DNA of 64,000 nucleotides from Acinetobacter phage vB_AbaSI_3: sequence record PQ382034.1; one strand, 5' to 3'. Shown piece by piece: positions 9,587 to 16,577 of this stretch (position 1 is its first letter; each line of letters starts with the position of its first letter). The notes under the pieces were generated by a model. It saw only the letters and a program-made list of their open reading frames with translations, ran no database searches and was not told where the DNA came from. The position numbers and the translations under genes were made by a program.

Positions 9587-9688
9587 ATTTCCTCCAAGGA
9601 ATATGGTGGAGTGTGATGGAATTGCACCATCCTAATCCTGCTCTTCAGGCAAGCGCTAATCTATCTCAGCTAACACTCCAAAAGTAAA

Positions 9689-9765
9689 TGGTCTCCGTAA
9701 AATGATTTGAACATTTGACCCTATCGTCCCAAACGATATGCTCTACCAGACTGAGCTATACGGAG
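9689..9765 (-). tRNA. tRNA-Pro (UGG)
   Basis: cloverleaf with D-arm GCTCAGTCTGGTAGAGC, anticodon loop TTTGGGA, T-loop TTCAAAT, CCA encoded. Confidence 0.8.
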
Positions 9766-9766
9766 A

Positions 9767-9861
9767 TGGCGGAAGGTGAGGGGAACGATCCCTCAAGGCG
9801 TGTCACCACGCTCGACTGATTTCAAGTCAGCTGCCGTCGCCAGCCATCGGCTTGACCTTCC
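9767..9861 (-). tRNA. tRNA-Ser (UGA), class II with long variable arm
   Basis: anticodon stem-loop gctga/CTTGAAA/tcagt, long variable arm, CCA encoded; T-loop atypical and ends approximate. Confidence 0.55.
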
Positions 9862-10086
9862 AATATTTTTCAATTCTCACTTAAGGCGGAGGAACACCTA
9901 AATTGTCTTGTGTAGAATGTCCTTTTATACTTTCGAGCATTCTACCACTCAATAAGTAAATCTTGAAGTTTAGTACATTTAACGAGTTGATACTTCAACA
10001 AGCTCATAAACAAGACAATAAAAACATGACGACCTAGGAATTTACGCCATTAGGACACCTAGGTCCATTTACGTCATTTTTGAATT

Positions 10087-10163
10087 TGGCTCCCCGCGGT
10101 GGGTTCGAACCACCGACCTCCAGATTAACAGTCTGTCGCTACTACCAACTGAGCTAGCGGGGA
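10087..10163 (-). tRNA. tRNA-Asn (GUU)
   Basis: perfect 7-bp acceptor, D-arm GCTCAGTTGGTAGAGC, anticodon loop CTGTTAA, T-loop TTCGAAC, CCA. Confidence 0.8.
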
Positions 10164-10170
10164 ATAATGT

Positions 10171-10262
10171 TGGAATCACCCGGAGGAATCGAACCTCTCA
10201 CTTCCTTCCCACTTTTTAAGTATCTGCTTAGAAGGCAGATGTGGGGGCGAGCGACATAAATT
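10171..10262 (-). ncRNA. tRNA-like element (T-arm GGTTCGATTCC, UCU-anticodon-like hairpin, no canonical D-arm or acceptor)
   Basis: hairpin tctgc/CTTCTAA/gcaga plus a T-arm and 3' CCA, but no acceptor pairing found. Confidence 0.3.
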
Positions 10263-10269
10263 CTTAAAG

Positions 10270-10340
10270 TTCTGGCACGAGGAATCGAACCTCGGTGACT
10301 GGAGTACAAAACCAGCATAATACCATTATATGACGCCAGA
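10270..10340 (-). tRNA. tRNA-Thr (UGU)
   Basis: perfect acceptor, anticodon loop TTTGTAC, T-loop TTCGATT; CCA not encoded. Confidence 0.7.
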
Positions 10341-10656
10341 ACTTTAAGAACTTTTGATAATATTATTTATACAACCATAAAGGCACCGTCATGACCACTC
10401 ATCAAGAACACAGTGAGTTAAAACTTTTTGTGATGAGATTAATAAGGCCTAATCGAAAACATTTGAACTTTGCTAAATAAAAACTTTGATCTTTAAGATT
10501 TTAGCTTTGAACTTTAGCATTGGGATAATGTACAGGATTCGCGCTTGGGAAACCTATATCATCATCAAAGTTCTATAACCTTAGAAGTTAGCCGGATTTA
10601 GGAATACCGGCTCGAACCCTCTACAGTTTTTGATCATGACGATTAAAATTTACCTA

Positions 10657-11223
10657 TCAGTCGATAACGATTGTAGGATTTGTTTCAGTTAAAATTGCAT
10701 CGAATTCAAGATCGAAGAAATCAATTGTAGATTTGAGCTCATCAATTTGTTCTTGAATTTCCATAATTGTAGGTTTTTCTCGTTTTTCCATTAATTGCTT
10801 GAGCTCATCATCGTGTGCAGCTTTAGACAATTTAACTTCGTAATCACGTTCGATGTTAGCAAATGTAGCACGAGCACTAGCTAGCTCTTTCACTAAACGT
10901 GTATACAAAGCTTTAAGTCGAGGTAAAATATGTGTACGATACGTTAATGCATCGTTGATAGACATTTGTTCTTTGCCTACGGTTACCATCGTTTCAAAAT
11001 TTGCTTTATTGACCTTTTTGCGAAGATCAAATTCTGCATCAAGTTTGTCTTTAATTGATTGTATGTTTTTACGAGATTTGTCAACAAATTCAGCAGTTTT
11101 GATTCCAGTGCTAATCTCTACACCATTACGGAATACACCGCAGAATGTCATTTCACGAAGATTTTCGTCGAAAGACACTTTGTTGCGTTTAAGTGTTACT
11201 AATGCACGAGCGATGGTAGTCAT
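10657..11223 (-). CDS. hypothetical coiled-coil protein (188 aa)
   Basis: ORF between the two tRNA clusters; Lys/Glu-rich heptad-like stretches. Confidence 0.5.
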   Translation of the reverse strand: MTTIARALVTLKRNKVSFDENLREMTFCGVFRNGVEISTGIKTAEFVDKSRKNIQSIKDKLDAEFDLRKKVNKANFETMVTVGKEQMSINDALTYRTHILPRLKALYTRLVKELASARATFANIERDYEVKLSKAAHDDELKQLMEKREKPTIMEIQEQIDELKSTIDFFDLEFDAILTETNPTIVID

Positions 11224-11299
11224 TCAAATTTCCTCTAATCAAAATAATCTTTAATTTATGTAGTTAATTATATAACATAAATCATTAAAAGCCTTTGCT

Positions 11300-11536
11300 T
11301 TACGAATAAGTTTGTGTTGGTTCATAAAATAAACGTTCTTTCAACATTCTGTCGAGCTTTGCAATTGCGGCAGATCGGTTAAGGTACTGTGAACGTTTAT
11401 TTGCACTTTCGGCAATTAAACCAGTTGGTAAATGAGTAACACGTACTGCATTAAAAGGCCGATTGACCCATCGGCGTGCACCACTTGTTCTATACTCATC
11501 AATTCTCAATTCACTAGGTTTGAATGAGTAATCCAT
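11300..11536 (-). CDS. class-I release factor domain-3 (peptidyl-tRNA hydrolase domain)-like mini-protein lacking the GGQ motif
   Basis: ELRIDEYRTSGARRWVNRPFNAVRVTHLPTGLIAESANKRSQYLNRSAAIAKL lines up with RF1 [53 protein letters not shown] from memory; GGQH is replaced by RRW. Confidence 0.6.
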   Translation of the reverse strand: MDYSFKPSELRIDEYRTSGARRWVNRPFNAVRVTHLPTGLIAESANKRSQYLNRSAAIAKLDRMLKERLFYEPTQTYS

Positions 11537-11549
11537 ATCAATATTCTCA

Positions 11550-11792
11550 TTACTTCAATTTAATTTTGGCTTCAAATACGTAGCGATAATTGTTATCACA
11601 TAATATTTCAGCTCGTTCATATGTTGTGGCCATTCGCAATACTGCTCCAGTATATGAAACGATTGCAAAAACACAATCAGTTGAATCCGGTGATGCGATA
11701 TCACCAACTTTAAAACGAAGTTTTCTATAAGTATATTTATCATCATACTTACATAAGAATTTGGCTAAACTTAACGAGAATGTGAATCTCAT
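11550..11792 (-). CDS. hypothetical protein (80 aa)
   Basis: ORF immediately downstream of the upper tRNA cluster. Confidence 0.4.
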   Translation of the reverse strand: MRFTFSLSLAKFLCKYDDKYTYRKLRFKVGDIASPDSTDCVFAIVSYTGAVLRMATTYERAEILCDNNYRYVFEAKIKLK

Positions 11793-11898
11793 AACTTTAC
11801 CGTCTTCGTTAAAAATTCCATAGATGCTTCGTTGAGAAGTTTTATCTATGCAGTTTCGACAGATCTAATGTTTCATATTTTTTCCTCATTAAATTAAA

Positions 11899-11976
11899 TG
11901 GTACATGACCTCGGACTCGAACCGAGAGGCTCTTGTTTCTAAGACAAGAAGGTATACCAATTCCCGTCAGTCATGC
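11899..11976 (-). tRNA. tRNA with anticodon UAG (Leu codon CUA/CUG) but short (class I) variable arm
   Basis: 7-bp acceptor plus CCA, anticodon stem-loop cttgt/CTTAGAA/acaag, T-loop TTCGAGT. Confidence 0.55.
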
Positions 11977-11977
11977 A

Positions 11978-12054
11978 TGGTGGATACTGGGAGTGCTTGC
12001 ACCTCCAATCAACTACGTTGTCCGCTGCTTTACTATTTAAGCTAACAGTACCCA
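11978..12054 (-). ncRNA. degenerate tRNA-like element (acceptor-like pairing plus CCA, D-arm-like hairpin, no canonical anticodon or T-arm)
   Basis: 77-nt block exactly filling the gap between two tRNAs; termini pair GGGTACT/AGTATCC + A + CCA. Confidence 0.25.
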
Positions 12055-12055
12055 A

Positions 12056-12131
12056 TGGAGACGTCGACTGGACTTGAACCAGCATCGTCACGGATTTGCA
12101 ATCCGTCGTATAACCATTCTACCACAACGTC
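12056..12131 (-). tRNA. tRNA-Cys (GCA)
   Basis: acceptor GACGTTG/CGACGTC, anticodon stem-loop acgga/TTGCAAA/tccgt, T-loop TTCAAGT, CCA. Confidence 0.6.
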
Positions 12132-12138
12132 TTAAACT

Positions 12139-12213
12139 TGGTGGGCCCAGGGAATTTCGAAATCCCAACCTTCAGATTATGAGTCTGCTGCTCTGCCTTT
12201 GAGCTATAGGCCC
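12139..12213 (-). tRNA. tRNA with anticodon CAU (Met, or Ile via lysidine as in T4 tRNA-Ile)
   Basis: acceptor GGGCCTA/TGGGCCC, D-arm GCTCAAAGGCAGAGC, anticodon loop CTCATAA, T-loop TTCGAAA, CCA. Confidence 0.7.
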
Positions 12214-12222
12214 ATTTAAATT

Positions 12223-12297
12223 TGGTACTCGTGACCAGAGTCGAACTGGTAACCTAAGACTTTAGAGGTCTCTGCTCTACCATTGAGCTACACGAGT
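12223..12297 (-). tRNA. tRNA with anticodon CUA (amber/UAG-reading suppressor-type)
   Basis: clean hand-folded cloverleaf: ACTCGTG-TA-GCTC-AATGGTA-GAGC-A-GAGAC-CTCTAAA-GTCTT-AGGTT-ACCAG-TTCGACT-CTGGT-CACGAGT-A-CCA. Confidence 0.65.
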
Positions 12298-12302
12298 ATA
12301 AA

Positions 12303-12348
12303 AGTAACTTTTTAATATCAACTTCTCTTAATTGATATTAAAAAGTTA
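12303..12348. promoter_or_regulatory. 18-bp perfect inverted repeat (gtaactttttaatatcaa ... ttgatattaaaaagttac) at the 5' side of the tRNA cluster
   Basis: read directly in the sequence; 10-nt loop. Confidence 0.5.
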
Positions 12349-12381
12349 CCTCAATTAAGAGGTAACCCGAGGTAATTCAAA

Positions 12382-12657
12382 TTATTGAACCAAACCTAAT
12401 TGAGCAGCTTCTTCATAATCCGATTGTTCGATAGCATCTAAGATCGTATCAAATGATTCATCAACAATAGTTTGAATGACTTGTCCATTTCGAGCTTCAA
12501 ATGTTACAGCTACTAAGCCGTTTTCATATTGTAAGAGGCCAATGATTTTAGCAGCATCAAGAACAAAACGGCTAACATTTGTGTTTTGTTCAACAGCGCG
12601 AGATACAGTAAGAGCAATGCGAGTAGCCATGATGTTTTCCTTTAAGGTTGAGTACAA
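12382..12657 (-). CDS. hypothetical protein (91 aa); position corresponds to T4 ipI
   Basis: synteny only (tRNA region - X - 57B); N-terminal ...LKE could be a gp21-type cleavage site, which is speculative. Confidence 0.4.
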   Translation of the reverse strand: MYSTLKENIMATRIALTVSRAVEQNTNVSRFVLDAAKIIGLLQYENGLVAVTFEARNGQVIQTIVDESFDTILDAIEQSDYEEAAQLGLVQ

Positions 12658-12663
12658 AAATAT

Positions 12664-12879
12664 TTATTCAGCAGTTTTTGAACGTTTTTCAATAATTGCT
12701 GAGATTAATGCAAAAATCATTGAGATTGAAATAAATTTTAAAGATGTTAATCCTAAAGCTTTAATTTCAGCATTAGTCATGAATATACCGAATACCGCAG
12801 TAGTCAATGCAATTACCATGCCAACGAAAAAGATCCAATAGGCAGAAGTTTCAAAAAATTCAATAACTTTAGCATTCAT
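12664..12879 (-). CDS. small membrane protein (2 TM)
   Basis: hydrophobic segments in a 71-aa ORF. Confidence 0.4.
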   Translation of the reverse strand: MNAKVIEFFETSAYWIFFVGMVIALTTAVFGIFMTNAEIKALGLTSLKFISISMIFALISAIIEKRSKTAE

Positions 12880-12965
12880 GATAATTTACTCAATGATTTA
12901 TTTGATAAAACTATAATAACACAATTAATTTGCGATGTAAACTGCTTTATGAAATAATTTTCAAA

Positions 12966-13421
12966 TTATGCAGTCCACTCTAAATCAAGATCTTGTACGT
13001 ATTCACTTGCAGCAATAATCGGGTTGCTAATGAAACCTACCTTTGGCAACTCACGTTGTCCAATATCATATGATAGTGTAACATGTGGTTGATAGTCAGG
13101 AAAATCATAAGTTGCACCTAATGCCATTGCATATTTAAAGCGCTCATGAAGATAATCTGAATCAATGAGTATAACAAGAGCTCGTTCACCTGTTTTAGTG
13201 TCAAAAACCTTTAACTCACCGGTAACACCAATTTGTTCGCCTATCAACTGTGGCTGATAAGGAATTTTCACCCGAGAATATGCAATTGTGCAATGCAATT
13301 TGTCTCGCGGGACAGGCTTGTAGAGATCCAATGATTTTTGGATCTCTTGTAACAAGTCTAATGTTTCATCAGCGAAATTGATTGCGGCATAAGTACCTTT
13401 GCCAACTTCACTTAGTTTCAT
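12966..13421 (-). CDS. hypothetical protein in the 57B position
   Basis: 151 aa (T4 57B is about the same size), immediately upstream of 57A, same strand. Confidence 0.4.
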   Translation of the reverse strand: MKLSEVGKGTYAAINFADETLDLLQEIQKSLDLYKPVPRDKLHCTIAYSRVKIPYQPQLIGEQIGVTGELKVFDTKTGERALVILIDSDYLHERFKYAMALGATYDFPDYQPHVTLSYDIGQRELPKVGFISNPIIAASEYVQDLDLEWTA

Positions 13422-13660
13422 TATTCAGCCTCTGGTTCAGCTTTGGCTTCTTCATCACCAACAGCAAGACCAGCTACAGCTTGAACGATTGTATCTAATT
13501 CAAGGTTGCCGGTTTCATCCGGTTGCAAACCTAAAATTTGTGCAATAGATTGAAGTGTTTGAGATAATTGTTGATTGTGCTGATGAAGCGCCTGATTAGC
13601 TTCGATAGCATCTAACAATTTTGCTTTAGTTTCAAGTAATGTTTGGTTAACGTCTGTCAT
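13421..13660 (-). CDS. 57A: gp57A-like tail-fibre assembly chaperone (79 aa, coiled-coil)
   Basis: size, helical Gln/Leu-rich composition and position next to gene 1 as in T4. Confidence 0.6.
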   Translation of the reverse strand: MTDVNQTLLETKAKLLDAIEANQALHQHNQQLSQTLQSIAQILGLQPDETGNLELDTIVQAVAGLAVGDEEAKAEPEAE

Positions 13661-14384
13661 TTTGTAATACCTCTGTGTGAAATAAATTCGAAATTTTCTG
13701 TTTAAATTCCTCTAATGTTCCATCATTATGGATGACTGGATCACCTGGTTGCCGCTGAAGTCCTGCTTCAGTAATGTGATTGTCTGTATTAGTGTTAGTA
13801 TTTATACTATCACGCTCTACAAAAATTAATCGTGCGTTGATGAAACGCATAAAATCAATTTCATGTTGTTGACGAATGTCTGTGACAATAAAAATCTTTG
13901 CGCCATTTGCAAATTCGGTGATGTACTGATTCATCATTAAACGAAGCCAGAAATGTTTGTCGTAGTGTTCACAAACAAGATCTGTGCCTAAAATTTGCAT
14001 AAGTCTGCGAACTGTCCACGGCTCTATATTTCTATTGATGCTATTAAAAACACTCAAATAACTTTCGAAACCAGAGGTCAAGTTTTCACGAAGACCGTAT
14101 TGCTCAATGAGAATTTTAATACATTTTCGAAGCCAATCATTTACATCAGAATTTGACAAAATCAACGGAGATTCTCTATCGTATGGAGAGTCGCCATTAA
14201 AATCAGCAAATGATAAGCTTAACCCAGACTTTGTTGAAAGATTCAATTCAGAATAGGTTTCAAATAATACCTTTTTGATGGGCAGAGCAAGTGCATATTT
14301 GACCGCACCTAGCTCTTCTACCATGTAATCAGCCATAGTGTCTTTGCCACTACGTTTCTTACCTACAATAGAAACAATTGTCAT
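13647..14384 (-). CDS. 1: deoxynucleoside monophosphate kinase (gp1)
   Basis: P-loop VGKKRSGKDT at the N-terminus; size (245 aa) and synteny 57A-1-3-2-4. Confidence 0.8.
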   Translation of the reverse strand: MTIVSIVGKKRSGKDTMADYMVEELGAVKYALALPIKKVLFETYSELNLSTKSGLSLSFADFNGDSPYDRESPLILSNSDVNDWLRKCIKILIEQYGLRENLTSGFESYLSVFNSINRNIEPWTVRRLMQILGTDLVCEHYDKHFWLRLMMNQYITEFANGAKIFIVTDIRQQHEIDFMRFINARLIFVERDSINTNTNTDNHITEAGLQRQPGDPVIHNDGTLEEFKQKISNLFHTEVLQNDRR

Positions 14385-14950
14385 AAGATTTCTCGTTTGC
14401 CGTTCATTAACATATCCGAAATACTTTTCCGTGTTTCTATTATAACACCATTTTTTTCTACAGTGAAGTAGCTATATTGAAAGGTTACGTTAGCAAAAAT
14501 AGCCGGGTCCGATTCTTCTGTGTAATTGAATTCAAGGTCACCAATAACTTGTGGCCACGCGTCATGATAGTGAATTGACATAAGTGGTGTCGTTTTATCA
14601 TTAGATAATATGTGCAGTGTTATAAATTCTGGCAAGACACCAGGATTAGCACCATTATTGTCATGAGTTAGATAGTTATTGATTGATAGCATCCATGTAT
14701 AAATGTCTGTCCATGCATCTAGATTTTCATCGATTAGCACGCGGCATACCAATGGCTCAAATTCAAATGTTGAACCTGGGCGGTTAGCACGCCCGAGGCC
14801 TTTATTGCCTAGTGCCATATTGACTGTTGGTATACTGATACCCGGGATTAATGCAGATTGGACATTGAGTTTGAAAGCATCGGTGATTTTAGCATCAGGG
14901 ATGTCCAATACAAAGTTAGTTATGTTAGTTTGGTTAAATTGTAGTGTCAT
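14381..14950 (-). CDS. 3: tail completion and sheath stabiliser (gp3)
   Basis: synteny and size (189 aa). Confidence 0.65.
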   Translation of the reverse strand: MTLQFNQTNITNFVLDIPDAKITDAFKLNVQSALIPGISIPTVNMALGNKGLGRANRPGSTFEFEPLVCRVLIDENLDAWTDIYTWMLSINNYLTHDNNGANPGVLPEFITLHILSNDKTTPLMSIHYHDAWPQVIGDLEFNYTEESDPAIFANVTFQYSYFTVEKNGVIIETRKSISDMLMNGKREIL

Positions 14951-14995
14951 AATGTGCCTTGTTTAAAATTTGATCACTTAGCTTGTTAAGCCCTG

Positions 14996-15072
14996 TGCTT
15001 TACAAAATTTTGATGTTATAATGGTTCTACCGGTTCACCGCTCTAATTATATCTATTCGGTCGGAGAAGATA
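14996..15072 (+). promoter_or_regulatory. copy 1 of a ~77-bp repeated promoter-like cassette (MotA-box-like TGCTTTA at 14995-15001, extended -10 TGTTATAAT at 15013-15021) plus conserved leader
   Basis: near-identical (2 mismatches) to the reverse complement of 53348..53424. Confidence 0.5.
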
Positions 15073-15079
15073 GAGTTTC

Positions 15080-15180
15080 AGATGATATAGATGTATCAGA
15101 TGATATAGATGTATCAGATGATATAGATGTATCAGATGATATAGATGTATCAGATGATATAGATGTATCTGATATATCTG
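15080..15180. repeat. tandem repeat, 18-bp unit gatgatatagatgtatca x5.6
   Basis: five perfect or near-perfect head-to-tail copies read directly. Confidence 0.9.
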
Positions 15181-15202
15181 CACTGAAAAATACAGAATAT
15201 TG

Positions 15203-15243
15203 TGCTGCGCACAATGATGCGCAGCATCTAATTTATTTCTTCC
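15203..15243 (+). terminator. hairpin tgctgcgca-caatga-tgcgcagca followed by a T-rich tract
   Basis: 9-bp GC-rich stem plus tctaatttatttcttcc; overlaps the 3' end of gene 2 on the opposite strand. Confidence 0.5.
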
Positions 15244-16072
15244 ATACTTTTGAGGCTGCAAAACGTTTACCTTGTGATACAAATTGTTGAAGTGGCATCA
15301 GGACTACATTACCCCAATCAGCAGGTTTAATTTCAACGAATCTGCCTTTTACATGAGCAGGCAAATATGCTTTAATCATTACATCAGCGCCATTGAAGCC
15401 TTTAACTTTTGACCAATCAATTTTAAGTACAGTATTATTTGTGATAGTTTTTGTAGATGAATAACTTTTTAATAACTCTTCTAAAAATTGTTGTCGTGCT
15501 TTAGGTGGAATATAATGCAAGTTAAGGCCATGAAATAAAGTTGTGCCAGCAACTTTGGAACGGGACGTTCCTAAAAATATGATAAGTGGATATTTATCCC
15601 AAAATGGTAACTTGTCTTTATGTTTAGCATCATATATGAAAGCATAAAGTTTACCCGGCTGTGGCTTGACCACAGAGTGTCCTCGGACACCTTTAGCAAG
15701 AGTTTCTTTAAACCATTTCTCAGATTTATTGTTTACTGCAGCACCTTCATTACGAATTTTTTCTCGCATCGATTGTCTAAAGCTATTAATCAAAATTGCT
15801 TCACGTTCTTTAGGTGTCAACTTATTTTTAGGTTTGTTCTTAGCCAATTCAGCTGCATAAGCGAGCTTGATTTTATCTCTATAGCGTGTCATGCTTCTAG
15901 TAAAAGTCGCATATGGGATTCCACGTTCTTCGGCAAATGCTTTACCTTGTACGCCTTTAGCTTTGGCCTTGTACCAATCAACACCAATATTAACCCATGC
16001 TAGTTCTTGGCGTGTGATTTTAGGCTGAAGATTTTTTGGCACTTCGGCTTCATCTAATTGAAAAATACTCAT
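15233..16072 (-). CDS. 2: DNA end protector protein (gp2)
   Basis: synteny 3-2-4 and size (279 aa). Confidence 0.7.
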   Translation of the reverse strand: MSIFQLDEAEVPKNLQPKITRQELAWVNIGVDWYKAKAKGVQGKAFAEERGIPYATFTRSMTRYRDKIKLAYAAELAKNKPKNKLTPKEREAILINSFRQSMREKIRNEGAAVNNKSEKWFKETLAKGVRGHSVVKPQPGKLYAFIYDAKHKDKLPFWDKYPLIIFLGTSRSKVAGTTLFHGLNLHYIPPKARQQFLEELLKSYSSTKTITNNTVLKIDWSKVKGFNGADVMIKAYLPAHVKGRFVEIKPADWGNVVLMPLQQFVSQGKRFAASKVWKK

Positions 16073-16080
16073 AATAACTC

Positions 16081-16536
16081 CTAAATTTTCATCCCAAGTT
16101 TCCTGAGTCCTTCTTCCGTCAGTACTCTGAATTTTACATTTCGTTTTTCAGCTAGCGCTTGTGCTGCTTTCCACTTGTCTAAGTTCACTTGCCACGTGTA
16201 GCATTCATTTTCATATCTACGTTTTGCACCGGCGGTCAATTTTGCAGGAGGCTTTGGAGGCATAGTTTCTTTCTTTGGCTTAATTTCAATGAAGAATTCT
16301 TGCCCTTCATGTGTTTTGAACCAAATGTCCATAAAGTAACGACGTTTACGTCCATCTGCATGAGAAAAATATTGGATGACCACCTCTTCACTTGACCAGT
16401 ACTTTACACGAGGATCAGTATCTAACCAGTTGAAGTACCACTTCTCCCATGACGACCTATATGTTACTTTGTCAACATGCCCTTTGTACTTTGACTTATT
16501 TTTGACGATGTACTTACCGCTGTATGCCACATTCAT
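16081..16536 (-). CDS. 4: head completion protein (gp4)
   Basis: size (151 aa) and position divergent from gene 53, with overlapping divergent TATAAATA-type late promoters at 16541-16553. Confidence 0.75.
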   Translation of the reverse strand: MNVAYSGKYIVKNKSKYKGHVDKVTYRSSWEKWYFNWLDTDPRVKYWSSEEVVIQYFSHADGRKRRYFMDIWFKTHEGQEFFIEIKPKKETMPPKPPAKLTAGAKRRYENECYTWQVNLDKWKAAQALAEKRNVKFRVLTEEGLRKLGMKI

Positions 16537-16577
16537 ACCTCCATTTATAAATACTTTTATTAAAATTTTATTTATAA

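Noticed and set aside
10596-10625. Sequence resembling a T-loop (GGGTTCGAGCC) suggesting another tRNA
   Set aside because: No acceptor, D or anticodon arms can be formed. It is part of a simple 6-bp hairpin (agccgg...ccggct).
10341-10656. Additional genes or stable RNAs in the 316-bp gap between tRNA-Thr and the 188-aa ORF
   Set aside because: Only very short ORFs (about 28 aa or less) and no convincing RNA fold found by hand. Might still hold rnaC/rnaD-like RNAs, but I cannot support that from sequence alone.
15080-15180. Possible CRISPR array
   Set aside because: The units are contiguous with no spacers, so this is a simple tandem repeat.
15021-15290. Plus-strand ORF encoding a DDIDVS x5 repeat protein
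   Set aside because: It is just the translation of the 18-bp tandem DNA repeat. Its ATG lies inside the TATAAT -10 element upstream of the likely transcript start, and it has no RBS, so it is treated as non-coding.
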